DNA of 64,000 bases, from IMG/VR virus record IMGVR_UViG_3300043256_000135, positions 12,450 through 76,449 of that record; one strand, given 5' to 3'. Within the stretch, counting starts at the first letter, position 1. Each line of letters opens with the position of its first letter. The notes under the pieces are model-generated. The model ran no database searches. It worked only from the letters and a program-made list of their open reading frames with translations, and had not been told where the DNA came from. Shown here in pieces: positions 44,003 through 53,429 of this stretch. Made by a program: the position numbers and the translations under genes. Origin of the DNA: a virus.

Positions 44003-44418
44003 TCGTCGATTACCTCCAGGTACTCCCCGCCGATGGAAAAGCCCGTGTATTCGCCGTTCTTGGCCTTTTCGAGCAGCTCTGGGCTATCGGGAGCCATCGC
44101 AATCAGCAGACCAGAGTAGGGGGTGATGATGCCCAGGGCTTTCGCTATTTCGCTGGTCAGGGGAAAATGATGAATTACTGCGCCGTCTTGAATTGGCTGT
44201 TTGTTGCCGTCCCGCGCGTGCATGTCGCAGGCTACCCGTTTGGACTTGGCGAAGTCCGTTACAGCCTCCAGCATGGCCTGCTCCTCGAAGTGCTCGCCGT
44301 CCGAGTCGTAGAAGTCGCCATTCTCGTCGGCCACCTTGCAGATCATGGCCCAGCCGAAGATCAACCCCAGCTCGGTGCTGACCTTGAGAATCGTAGCGTC
44401 CGTGCGAAACTCAGCCAT
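43999..44418 (-). CDS. XkdF-like prohead serine protease domain
   Basis: LIFGWA, DSDGE, DMH, GEYTGFSIGG. Confidence 0.85.
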   Translation of the reverse strand: MAEFRTDATILKVSTELGLIFGWAMICKVADENGDFYDSDGEHFEEQAMLEAVTDFAKSKRVACDMHARDGNKQPIQDGAVIHHFPLTSEIAKALGIITPYSGLLIAMAPDSPELLEKAKNGEYTGFSIGGEYLEVIDE

Positions 44419-45146
44419 TACAGGAGGGGGACGTACCAAACTTCAACAGTGCCGGTAAGCGTCAGGACGCCGGTGCCCGAGGTTACGGGGCTGGAGGCAT
44501 TCAAGAACAAGTCCGTGGTCACTCCGGGGACTTCCGCGGCCCCAACGGCTGCCGCACCAGTGACAGTGCCGGTCGTGGTGCCGGTTGCATCGATCTTGCC
44601 GCGCAAGTCATCTTCGCCTGCGTTGCTGAAGTCGGTACTAGCTGTAACGACAGTACCCACAGCCACATCGACCGTGCTGGCATCGCCGGCCAGATCACTG
44701 TGCGTGAAGGTCAGGGCCAGCTTGGTGGCAACAATCCGGTAGGCGGCCGGTAAATCGTCGGAGAGCTGGAGGCCTCCATAGTCGTTCGCGGCTGTCATGC
44801 TGAGAGTATCTGCGGCCAGGGTGACAGTCAACTTTTTGACCTGCGGGCCGACTACAGCCACAGTCGCGTTGGTCGGCAGGACGGTGGGGTTGGTGTCCGC
44901 TTCGACGATGTTTCCATCGATGGCCGCCGCAGCACCCGCCAAGTCCGTATCCAGGGTTCCACCCGTCAGGGCGCCGGTCAGGGTCGGAGTCGTGAGGGCC
45001 GGGGTGTCGAAGGTTCCGGTGGTGACGGCCGGATTGGTCAGGACCGGAGTAGTCAGAGTCGGCGAGACGAAGGTCCCGGCGTCGACCTCGGGATTCCGCA
45101 GATCCGCGTTCAGGATGAGGGTGTTACGCGATAGTTTTCCGGCCAT
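44418..45146 (-). CDS. Putative head fibre/decoration protein
   Basis: PTLTT pentapeptide repeats plus a beta domain. Confidence 0.62.
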   Translation of the reverse strand: MAGKLSRNTLILNADLRNPEVDAGTFVSPTLTTPVLTNPAVTTGTFDTPALTTPTLTGALTGGTLDTDLAGAAAAIDGNIVEADTNPTVLPTNATVAVVGPQVKKLTVTLAADTLSMTAANDYGGLQLSDDLPAAYRIVATKLALTFTHSDLAGDASTVDVAVGTVVTASTDFSNAGEDDLRGKIDATGTTTGTVTGAAAVGAAEVPGVTTDLFLNASSPVTSGTGVLTLTGTVEVWYVPLL

Positions 45147-45210
45147 GAAGGGATCTCGCTCTTGGGGGTCAGATTCAGGATCGGCTTTCTGGTCTGTGAT
45201 TTCAAGCCGT

Positions 45211-46209
45211 TTACAGGATGGCGGCGCCGACCGCACCCAATTCGCTCAGTTTCAGGATCCGTGTTTGGACAAGGCACCGGCAGTTGATGTCCTCCAGGGC
45301 CACCCCAAAGCTGCCGGGGTGCAGCGTGAGATTGCCGGCGCCGCTCACGAAGGGCTCGCCGACCAGCCTCCGCTGGCCGTGCATGGTCCGATGGCTGGTC
45401 TGGGCGCCAGCCCCGAAGTCCCGGACCAGCTCATCGCCCGCCGTGGCCCAAATCCGGATGAGCTGATCACCCTGGAGCTGGCCCGACTCGATCGCCTGCC
45501 GGTACATCTCGTCCGTGCCTTCGTGGGCCACGCGCAGGCCCTCGGTCCGGGCGATGGTCTCCGACCGCAGCTTCAGCGCCCGCTTGCGGTAGCGGTCCAC
45601 CATCTTGTCGATCTGGGCCTGGGAGAGAGGCTCCCCGCGATTGATGGCCCCGCGGACCGTCCGGTCGAACCGGCTGTCGCGCAGCTCTCGGGCCAGGGCC
45701 CCGCGATCCAGATCCCGCAACTGTCGCTCGTAGTTCCGCACCCAGCGTTCCTGCTGTTCGGTCAACCCAATGGAACTTCGGAAAGCACGAGCGATCTCAC
45801 GGGGGTTCTTGCCCTGTTGAATCCCGTCAATCAGGGCGGCCTGGGTAGACCGGCGCTGCTGCTCAGTGAAATTGGTGACCAGCCGCAGTTGGTTCGAGCG
45901 CATGGCCTGCACGGCCCGGGTGTTTGTCTGATCGAAGCCAATGATGATCTCGTTTTCCGTCAGGAAGTTGGCCGTATCGATGCCCGCCCGTACGAACTGC
46001 TCGACCCACACCGAGCCCAAGCGCGCGGCGGCAAGGCTGATGATCTCGAATGCTTCAGCGAACCGGGCCTGCTCCAGCAGAATAGCCAGTTCATCCAGGC
46101 TGATACTTCCCTCGATCGCGCGCAGCGCGGCCAGGAACTCCCGCTGGAACGCGGTCTCGGCGCCCACGATCAGGGCTTCGATTCGGGATTCGGGATCAAT
46201 AGTAGCCAT
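45211..46209 (-). CDS. Head morphogenesis protein (SPP1 gp7/Mu F-like)
   Basis: RSETIARTE, W.TAGD..VR..H, INCRC. Confidence 0.88.
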   Translation of the reverse strand: MATIDPESRIEALIVGAETAFQREFLAALRAIEGSISLDELAILLEQARFAEAFEIISLAAARLGSVWVEQFVRAGIDTANFLTENEIIIGFDQTNTRAVQAMRSNQLRLVTNFTEQQRRSTQAALIDGIQQGKNPREIARAFRSSIGLTEQQERWVRNYERQLRDLDRGALARELRDSRFDRTVRGAINRGEPLSQAQIDKMVDRYRKRALKLRSETIARTEGLRVAHEGTDEMYRQAIESGQLQGDQLIRIWATAGDELVRDFGAGAQTSHRTMHGQRRLVGEPFVSGAGNLTLHPGSFGVALEDINCRCLVQTRILKLSELGAVGAAIL

Positions 46210-46212
46210 AGG

Positions 46213-47029
46213 TCAGGGTATCAGCGCGGTCTCGACCATCAGAATTTCAAAGGTACTGCACACCGACGAGTTGGTCGTGTCGTTTTCCGTGATGCGAATA
46301 TCGATGTCAGTCTTAGGTCCCACTACGATCGGCGCATCGAATCGATCTTCGATGTACGACGAAGTGCCCGTCTCGCGTAACCCCATCGTACCGCGGAGTC
46401 GCCATGCACCGCCTCCGTTGCTATTGTCCCTGGTGAATAGGCCAAGCTCTATTTCGGCCGCGGCGCCGCTCTTTGCGAAGTTGCCTTGCCAGGATGTAAT
46501 AAGGCCGGTCAGGTTGCCGGCGATAGTGTACATAGCTTGCTGCGTCTGCCCCCCGGTCGGCACTAAGCACCGCCTGCGTTGCACCTGCGGATGCCAGCCG
46601 TATGGTAATGGTGCCTACGTTGGAGCCTGCACTACCTGCCGTTACCACGAACGCGCGGAACACGCGCCGCCAGTCCGTGCGCGCGAAAGTCACGATCCCC
46701 GTGCCGTTCAGCGTGACAGTTTCTTCCGCCAACAACCAGTCGGTGCCGGCCAGCCCCTGAACCGTCAGCGTGAGCGCGCCGGTGGATCCACCGGCGCCGT
46801 CTTCGGTGGACGAACTGAGAACTTCCAGCGAGAACGTACCAGCCTGGAACGGGTACAGCCCATCGTCGTTCCATACAGTTTCAGGCAGCCCGGTGATATC
46901 CACGTCCGGGTTCTTGCCGAACTTGCGCAGGTTGGTAACTCCGTTCACGAGTCCCAGCCTCACAGCAACTTCGGGATAGTGGTCCCGGATCCATCGCCTC
47001 GACCAGCTCTGGATGTGCAGGCGTACCAT
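46213..47029 (-). pseudogene. Virion-associated beta-rich protein interrupted by a frameshift in a G6 run
   Basis: 5' frame (KFGKNPDVD...ETVW) and 3' frame (GQTQQAMYT...) join if one G at 46549-46554 is removed. Confidence 0.7.
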
Positions 47030-47033
47030 CGGT

Positions 47034-47420
47034 TTACACGGCCTTGCACAGGCAAGTATACATCGCGGCAGCCGGGTCGCGGTCCAGGCTCTTGATGCGG
47101 TACGTCGCATCCTCAATGGTAATCCTGTCCTGCACCTTGGGCACGGCCGAATTCTGGATACTGTCGCCGACCAGCTGAATGATCACATCGCCGTCTTCCA
47201 CCAGCGTGCCCTTGACGCTCTTGATGTCGGTGGAATCGATGAAGCCCTTGGCGGTGTGGTTCGTGCTTGTCCGGTTCTTGCCGCCGGTGTTGTTGCCCGT
47301 GCGTGCGCCTCCGGTGAAGCTGATCAGGACCACGACATGCGCCGGATCTTTCAGTGTGTTGTCTCCAATCTCACGCTTGATGATCTTCGAGACATTGATG
47401 TTGGCAATCTTGATACCCAC
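47034..47420 (-). CDS. Head closure / head-tail joining protein
   Basis: GTLVEDGD, P...DRITIE...Y.I...DPA.A.Y. Confidence 0.72.
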   Translation of the reverse strand: MGIKIANINVSKIIKREIGDNTLKDPAHVVVLISFTGGARTGNNTGGKNRTSTNHTAKGFIDSTDIKSVKGTLVEDGDVIIQLVGDSIQNSAVPKVQDRITIEDATYRIKSLDRDPAAAMYTCLCKAV

Positions 47421-47626
47421 TACAATTCTGCTCCTGTTAGGTGTCGCTCTGTGCGTTCATCCGACTTGGGGACTACTGTCCAACCATTACGACCGTCTTC
47501 TGTCTGGACGGAGGTCACATCGTAGGCGGAGGTCATGTCAACCAGGGTGCCTTCGTCGTTCACTTTCATGACCTTGAACTGGTCGCCCTCTTCAGTGGTA
47601 TAGAGTGTCACATGTAGACTGATCAT
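47420..47626 (-). CDS. Hypothetical protein
   Basis: 68 aa; coupled to neighbours. Confidence 0.6.
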   Translation of the reverse strand: MISLHVTLYTTEEGDQFKVMKVNDEGTLVDMTSAYDVTSVQTEDGRNGWTVVPKSDERTERHLTGAEL

Positions 47627-48210
47627 GGGAGTCCTTGGCTCAGGTCGAAATCGTCCTTGCTGTAGTCAACAACCTCAGTGGTGCCCCAGGCGCCGCCGGA
47701 AATGCCGCTGCTTTCAATGTAGCAGCCCACGAGGTCATTGACCACGGTGGGCAGGCGAGTTTCGCTGCCGGTGCCCGCGGTGCCGGTGAAGAATTCAACT
47801 TCGGCGCTGCCGGCCTTGACTCGCTTCACATTACTGCCGGTGCCAGTGCTGCTCTGTTCGGTGGCGTCGTCCAGAAAAATCAGGGCCTGTTCGAATTCCG
47901 CGTTGGCAAAAGCGTCGGGCGTAGTACCATCTGCAACGGCTACACCACTGCACGCGGCCCCATCCCTAGGCCACTGAAGCGGCTGCGGCGTGACTGTATC
48001 CGTTTGCTCTCCCGACCATGTAACCGCGCGGTCAAGAAATCTCACTGCGCTAACCAACGCACGCTTTTTATTGGCAGTTGACGCATCAGTCCACGCATCA
48101 GAGCCCAGACGTGCACTGAAGTAGTCGTTGGCGTCATTGACTGGGTCCGCCGTGAGCGCATAAACGCTATACGTGTTTGAACCGATAGTTAGTGTGGATA
48201 CTGTTCCCAT
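47623..48210 (-). CDS. Head-tail adaptor (DnaT-like family)
   Basis: ANDYF, AL..A.R.LD, QPLQWPR, VKRVKAGS.EVEF. Confidence 0.8.
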   Translation of the reverse strand: MGTVSTLTIGSNTYSVYALTADPVNDANDYFSARLGSDAWTDASTANKKRALVSAVRFLDRAVTWSGEQTDTVTPQPLQWPRDGAACSGVAVADGTTPDAFANAEFEQALIFLDDATEQSSTGTGSNVKRVKAGSAEVEFFTGTAGTGSETRLPTVVNDLVGCYIESSGISGGAWGTTEVVDYSKDDFDLSQGLP

Positions 48211-48215
48211 GATTT

Positions 48216-48581
48216 CTACTTGGTAATGTCCTGTTTGAACTCGAACGTACCTTTGGCAATGGTTCGAATCTTACTGGATCCGTCCGTCTGTTGCAGGTCG
48301 AAGAAGTACTCGTTAGGGGTCTGATCCGCGTCGCCCGCCGTCAGTTCGAACTGCACCACCCCGTTGGGGCCGTCCGTAATAGTCCCGGTCAACTGGAATA
48401 GGTTATTCACAGAGTCCACTGGCTCATCAGACGGATCCACGGTCAGCAAGTACGAGAAACCGGTAATGGGTTCTGGAGTCACGCCGTCCGCCTTTAGGAT
48501 TGTGAAGGTCCAGGGAGTCGTGTCGCCCCGGCTAATGCACAGGTCGATCGCGACCGGGCAAATGTTCAGAAGTATGGCCAT
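48216..48581 (-). CDS. BppU-N-like Ig-fold virion protein
   Basis: RGDT..W.FTI, ITDG.NGVV.F.LT, YFFDLQ, TIAKG.F....DIT. Confidence 0.7.
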   Translation of the reverse strand: MAILLNICPVAIDLCISRGDTTPWTFTILKADGVTPEPITGFSYLLTVDPSDEPVDSVNNLFQLTGTITDGPNGVVQFELTAGDADQTPNEYFFDLQQTDGSSKIRTIAKGTFEFKQDITK

Positions 48582-49942
48582 TAGATGCTCACCCCTATGT
48601 TTGAGGCCGGCAGAATCACATCAACGTTCAAGTCGGCCAGTACTACGTCTACATTGACGACAGGGCCGGCCCCAATAATACCGAGTTTGATTGCGGTAGT
48701 CTCAGGGATCTCGACTGTCTCATCAATAACCCGAGTCATTGCCCGAGAGGCTTGGATCTGCTCCACGATCTCGACCGTCTCGTTCACCAATCGCACCATC
48801 GCCCGCAGCCGAAGAGTGGTTTCCACGATCTCGATCACTTCATTCACTATCTGGACCGTACCCAGCACTCGGTTCGTAGCTTCGACGATCTGAATGACCT
48901 CATTCACTATCTGGACCGTACCCAGCACTCGGTTCGTAGCTTCGACGATCTGCTCTATCTCATCGACCAAACGAACCATGGTCCTGGGACGAACTGTCGT
49001 CTCGACTATCTCTACCACCTCGTTCATCATGCGAGTCATGGCCAAGTGCTGCTCGACAGTCTCAGAAATCTCCTCGACTTCGTTGATTACTTGCACAAGT
49101 GCTGCCCCAGCAGGGGGTGCTACTGCTAAGGTCCGGCTGCGCAGCTCGAACATGCGCAGCGGATGAGCGGCCATTGCCTTGATCTCGCTCTCCGCAAGGG
49201 CCCGCGTGTACACACGGACATCGTCGATCATCCCGTTGTACTCGCCATAGGGGTCTCCACCGTTGCGGGCAATGGCTGTTCCACGAACAAGAGTGTTATC
49301 AATCGTTCCGGTCTTGGAAATAGATCCAGACTGAACGCCGTTGACATAGATCCGCATCTCAGCACCGTCATACCGAAATGCTAAGTGGGTCCACAGCCCC
49401 TCCGGCGCACCCTCGCCAGAGTTAGCTACTTGTGTTGATGTAGATCCCCCGGCCTTCAAACGCCAACGCACTTGGCCGTCGGTACTGGCGTACGACAGCA
49501 TGAAAACATGATCCGCTTCTTGGACACCATTGGCCTTCACGAAGATACGCATATCTCCGGGGCCGATGTTATCAGGCTTTAGCCACACACAGAGGGTGCA
49601 CTCACTGACAGCAGAACCGTCGGGCGTCTCGATCTGGAAGTTGTCGCCATCGTCGATGGCCAGATAACCACCATTAGTACCGTCACCATCAAAATCTATC
49701 CCTGGTCCCTTGCTGCTCGCTCGCCACGTTGGAAGATTGGTTCCTGCGAAAGTGGCGTCATGTCTTCCCCGTGAACTGGGAGCTAGATTGGGGACGACCA
49801 AACCTGTATAACCCAATCCAGGCACCCACGCTCCAATCAAGCCCACCCAGTCTTCCGGAAACCGAGATTCCCCAGGACTGCGAGCGAAGCCCTGCCTGTA
49901 GCTAGGGCGCCGCGCTAGTTGGTGAAATGTTGTAACACCCAT
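48581..49942 (-). CDS. LamG/ConA-like lectin domain fibre protein
   Basis: WTHLAFRYDG..MRIYVNG, YNGMIDDVRVYTRAL..EI; C-terminal 20-aa repeats. Confidence 0.85.
   Translation of the reverse strand: MGVTTFHQLARRPSYRQGFARSPGESRFPEDWVGLIGAWVPGLGYTGLVVPNLAPSSRGRHDATFAGTNLPTWRASSKGPGIDFDGDGTNGGYLAIDDGDNFQIETPDGSAVSECTLCVWLKPDNIGPGDMRIFVKANGVQEADHVFMLSYASTDGQVRWRLKAGGSTSTQVANSGEGAPEGLWTHLAFRYDGAEMRIYVNGVQSGSISKTGTIDNTLVRGTAIARNGGDPYGEYNGMIDDVRVYTRALAESEIKAMAAHPLRMFELRSRTLAVAPPAGAALVQVINEVEEISETVEQHLAMTRMMNEVVEIVETTVRPRTMVRLVDEIEQIVEATNRVLGTVQIVNEVIQIVEATNRVLGTVQIVNEVIEIVETTLRLRAMVRLVNETVEIVEQIQASRAMTRVIDETVEIPETTAIKLGIIGAGPVVNVDVVLADLNVDVILPASNIGVSI
48680..49100 (-). repeat. Seven 60-nt / 20-aa coding repeats
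   Basis: 48841-48890 identical to 48901-48950; unit like VNEVIQIVEATNRVLGTVQI. Confidence 0.85.
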
Positions 49943-49944
49943 TT

Positions 49945-50457
49945 CTACTGAAGTTCAGGTGGAATTGGAGTCAGAATGAACGAATGGGACTCACTTGTTG
50001 AATCGAAGGGATCGTCCGTATCGTTATGAACTATCGGCGAGACGTAGCGGAACGGGATCCTCACCTTCCCTGAGATCTTCATCTCGTTCCCTACGCCCGT
50101 CGAATACACCAACGCTCCATCCAACCACAAACAGTTTCGCAATTGGTCTGCCGTCATCACGCCTTCAGCTGTCGTCGTCGGATCGGTCGTTGGCTTGCCG
50201 TCAAAGCCTGTCGTGGTGTTGCTGAACGACAAGTAGGCTAGAATCCCCTGACCGATTACGGGCACTGTGTCGAAACTGTCGATGAACAACTCGTACATGT
50301 AGAACTCGGAGCGCGGAGCGACACCGAGATCATGGAACGAGCCCATCACCACGCCGTCAGCAGCCAGCCCACCGAGGTCCAGGAGTTCATCTCCGCCAGT
50401 GGCGGCATCGGTCCACGTCCGCGATGCCTCGGGATTGACGTAGAGCTTGTTGACCAT
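49945..50457 (-). CDS. Putative virion protein, paralogue B
   Basis: 170 aa; MVNKLY.NPE...LTPIPPELQ. Confidence 0.75.
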   Translation of the reverse strand: MVNKLYVNPEASRTWTDAATGGDELLDLGGLAADGVVMGSFHDLGVAPRSEFYMYELFIDSFDTVPVIGQGILAYLSFSNTTTGFDGKPTTDPTTTAEGVMTADQLRNCLWLDGALVYSTGVGNEMKISGKVRIPFRYVSPIVHNDTDDPFDSTSESHSFILTPIPPELQ

Positions 50458-50969
50458 TACTGGAGTTCAGGCGGGATCGGTGTCAACACGACCTTATGCG
50501 CATCCGATGTAGACAATAGAGCGTCGGCTGTGTTGTTATGAAGTACTGGCGCTACATACCGGTGCGGGATATGAATGATCCCCGAAACTTTGAGTTCATT
50601 GGCTGCAGTCGTCGAGTAGACACTAGCGGCATCCACCAGCTTGACATTTCGCAATTGATCTGTCGTCATCGTGCCTTCCGCAGTCGTCGTCGGATCCGTA
50701 GTAGGGTTGCCGTCGAAGTTCGTCGTAGCATTACTGAATGACAGATAAAACAGCACCGACTCACCGACTACTGGTGCGGTATCGAACCCGTCGATAGTCA
50801 CCTCATACATGTAGTCTGCGGGCTGCGCTCCAGCACCACGATCGAGGAACGAACCCATGACCACGGCGTCTGCGGCCAACCCGCCTGCATCCATGAGTTC
50901 GGCACCGCCAGTAGTCGCGTCAGACCAATCAATCGCGGTCTCGGGATTGATGTAGAGTTTGTTGACCAT
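50457..50969 (-). CDS. Putative virion protein, paralogue A
   Basis: 170 aa; tandem duplicate of 49945-50457. Confidence 0.75.
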   Translation of the reverse strand: MVNKLYINPETAIDWSDATTGGAELMDAGGLAADAVVMGSFLDRGAGAQPADYMYEVTIDGFDTAPVVGESVLFYLSFSNATTNFDGNPTTDPTTTAEGTMTTDQLRNVKLVDAASVYSTTAANELKVSGIIHIPHRYVAPVLHNNTADALLSTSDAHKVVLTPIPPELQ

Positions 50970-51367
50970 CAGAGTGCCCTCGCCTGTGCTACAGTTCCAG
51001 CTCGAACTTTGCCAAGTCCCAATTCCTCAGCTCTGCTGACAGCTCTTTTCCGCAACACTGCAAGAGCAGCGATCGTGCTACTTCCAGCGCCAAAAATATC
51101 GATCATCAGATCGGCTTCTTTGCCAAATGGATTCAGTGTGCCCATTCCAAGCAAGCCAAACAGTTCTGCTTTTTTGTCAGCCGCCAGAACTGTATATTCC
51201 GCAGGAACCACTGCCTGAAGCACTTCTGTTGCTTCCATCGTGTCCCTATTCACACTTCTATTGACTACGTTGATCTGATCCGCAGCCAACGCATCATTAG
51301 CGTCGTAGGCGCCCGTATCTGGATGGCCTGCATCCAATTCGGCGCGAAGGTCTTCTAAACGACCCAT
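50969..51367 (-). CDS. Hypothetical protein
   Basis: 132 aa; SRAEELGLG.V motif. Confidence 0.7.
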   Translation of the reverse strand: MGRLEDLRAELDAGHPDTGAYDANDALAADQINVVNRSVNRDTMEATEVLQAVVPAEYTVLAADKKAELFGLLGMGTLNPFGKEADLMIDIFGAGSSTIAALAVLRKRAVSRAEELGLGKVRAGTVAQARAL

Positions 51368-51370
51368 GGC

Positions 51371-51943
51371 TTATACCCCACTCATCTGATGATTCACGAA
51401 GACCTTCAGAGTATCCGACGAAGTCTTGGTGAACGAGGCCGCAAATTCCGCGTGCATGATCACAGGTTCCGATGCACCCGGAGACGGATTCGTCAAAATC
51501 AGGTCAGTGATATCAGCAAGGTTTGCATCAGCGGTAGCGTAACTGACCCGGTACGTAATGATGTCCGTGCCTGCGCCGGTGTTGTTCGAGTCTCCGTCAT
51601 TGACCTTGGGATAAGTACTGTCGATGACTTGATCGGATCCTGTTGCAAGCGTGCCGAGCAGGTCGGAGCGATTTGCGGCCTTGTCCGGAGCGTTGTTCGC
51701 AGGAGTGTTGTCGTACATCTCCATGATCATGTCTGGCACGCCGTTGGCGTCAGTGAAGTTGGTGGGGACCGGACCGATTGGTGTGCCGGAGGTCAGCAGG
51801 GCGCCACGCTCTGCGTAGTACAAGTCGCCCGCGTCGGTGACGATGTTGTGGGTCTTGAAGACCTTCTTCTCGCCCGTGATTTGGTTCTCCAGGACCGCTA
51901 TGACGCTACTCCGGATCTTCAACTTCTCTTCGATGCTTCTCAT
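51371..51943 (-). CDS. Putative fibre-anchor virion protein
   Basis: HNIVTDAG...FTKTSSDTLKVFVNH. Confidence 0.7.
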   Translation of the reverse strand: MRSIEEKLKIRSSVIAVLENQITGEKKVFKTHNIVTDAGDLYYAERGALLTSGTPIGPVPTNFTDANGVPDMIMEMYDNTPANNAPDKAANRSDLLGTLATGSDQVIDSTYPKVNDGDSNNTGAGTDIITYRVSYATADANLADITDLILTNPSPGASEPVIMHAEFAASFTKTSSDTLKVFVNHQMSGV

Positions 51944-52125
51944 CTGTATTCCTCGTGGGTGTGGATGATTTCTCCGGTCTTCAAGTCATAGACTTCGATC
52001 TTGACCCTGTATTTGTGCTTCGTCTCGGGAGCACCGCCGATGACCCGCTTCTTGCCAGTCTTCACGTTCGTCAAGATGGCCGTGATCGTCTCGCCCATCT
52101 TGATTTTTTGGGTGGGTATTGTCAT
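51940..52125 (-). CDS. Small hypothetical protein
   Basis: 61 aa; ATGA overlap. Confidence 0.6.
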   Translation of the reverse strand: MTIPTQKIKMGETITAILTNVKTGKKRVIGGAPETKHKYRVKIEVYDLKTGEIIHTHEEYR

Positions 52126-52196
52126 GATGGCTAGAGTATCGTCCTAAACGGACTGCTTTTCCAGGGTCTGAGGTTCTTGGGCCGCCCGCTGGAGCA

Positions 52197-53426
52197 TCAA
52201 CGATACTCCTGCCAAGACACAGCGCCAAGGACTGATGCGGCGCCCCCGATGTTGGTGATAGCGATAGTCAGATTGGTGGGATTCGCGCCATCGATGTCCA
52301 GAGCCAGCGGCAGTCGCCCAGTCAGGTCCACGCCGCCGGTGTTGTTCGCCTGATTGGTAGCGCCCACCATGAACGATCGGATCACAATGCCGCCGGTGAC
52401 TGCAGTCGCTGAGGTATCGACTTCCGTTGTGGATTCGTCATCCACGGAGGCAAAGGAGCCAGCGGTCAGCACACCGTCGTAGATCACATCCACGATCGCG
52501 ATGGCCGCATCGTTGAGAATCTCGATCAGTCCCCGGGTCAAAAGCGTGCGGTTTACACGCCCGTTGAACGTCGCCTTGGGTCGGATGCTCAGAACGGGGA
52601 TCCGAGTTCCATCGACAGCGACTAACGAGTCCCCTGTTCGGGTCGAGAATGGGAAACCCACATTTGTGTCCTGTCCGCCTTCACTCATGACCGCCGCGCA
52701 AATGGCCGTCATGGAGTTGCTGGTCGTCAGTGTGCTAATGGCCTCTATCGTCAAGTAAACCGGCAGCTGCGCCGTCGACATGTACACAGTCTCCCGGGCG
52801 TTCTGCTCCAGGAACTCATGAGCATACCGCAACTGACCGTCGATGATGAAGCCCACACGCACGCGGCCAACGCCCAACCACTCCATGTCGATCGCAAACA
52901 GCTGGGCCTTGGTCGGATCCAGCTCGGAGTACTTATCCAAGTTCCAATCAGCTTGTGCGATGCGAGTATCCACCGGAGTACCGGTGACATTGCTGCGCTT
53001 CACGATCCACAGACTGCCGTTGATCTCTTCCAGGAAGATGCCGTTCTCGCTGTCGAAGTAGCCAACGCGCTTGCGCACGCTAGCACTGCCTTGGCCGAAG
53101 TTGTACGTCATGTAGACCAGCTGGGATCTCCCGGGCTGGTATCGGAAAAACGACTTGGTCTGCCGCTCAACCACATCATTTTGTGCAGCGACTGTCATTC
53201 GCACCGCAGACTCGTCCTGCACGTAGGTTGCCGTGCCCGTAGCCGTCAACTTCTGGTTCCACAGCAGGGGCTGTGCATCGTAGGTCATCGTCGACTCGAA
53301 CAGCCCGGTAGGGTTCGACACGCGCAGGCGATCGAAGGCGTCCAGCTGTGGGCCGTCCCCCAGCTGCACTACCTGTGAGCCGTCTGGCTTCTGTTTGCCG
53401 CCGCCGTATACTCTGCCTAGAGTCAT
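52197..53426 (-). CDS. Beta-sandwich virion-associated protein
   Basis: DAFDRLRVSNP, FRYQPGRSQ, DMEWLGVGRVRVG, IC..VMSEGG. Confidence 0.75.
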   Translation of the reverse strand: MTLGRVYGGGKQKPDGSQVVQLGDGPQLDAFDRLRVSNPTGLFESTMTYDAQPLLWNQKLTATGTATYVQDESAVRMTVAAQNDVVERQTKSFFRYQPGRSQLVYMTYNFGQGSASVRKRVGYFDSENGIFLEEINGSLWIVKRSNVTGTPVDTRIAQADWNLDKYSELDPTKAQLFAIDMEWLGVGRVRVGFIIDGQLRYAHEFLEQNARETVYMSTAQLPVYLTIEAISTLTTSNSMTAICAAVMSEGGQDTNVGFPFSTRTGDSLVAVDGTRIPVLSIRPKATFNGRVNRTLLTRGLIEILNDAAIAIVDVIYDGVLTAGSFASVDDESTTEVDTSATAVTGGIVIRSFMVGATNQANNTGGVDLTGRLPLALDIDGANPTNLTIAITNIGGAASVLGAVSWQEYR

Positions 53427-53429
53427 GGA

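Noticed and set aside
41789-47095. Long plus-strand ORFs (e.g. 41789-43261, 44797-46380, 45941-47095) and similar ones elsewhere
   Set aside because: Antisense shadows of well-supported minus-strand genes in high-GC DNA; no motifs.
49945-50969. Diversity-generating retroelement template/variable repeats
   Set aside because: Whole-gene paralogues, differences not confined to adenines, and no reverse transcriptase.
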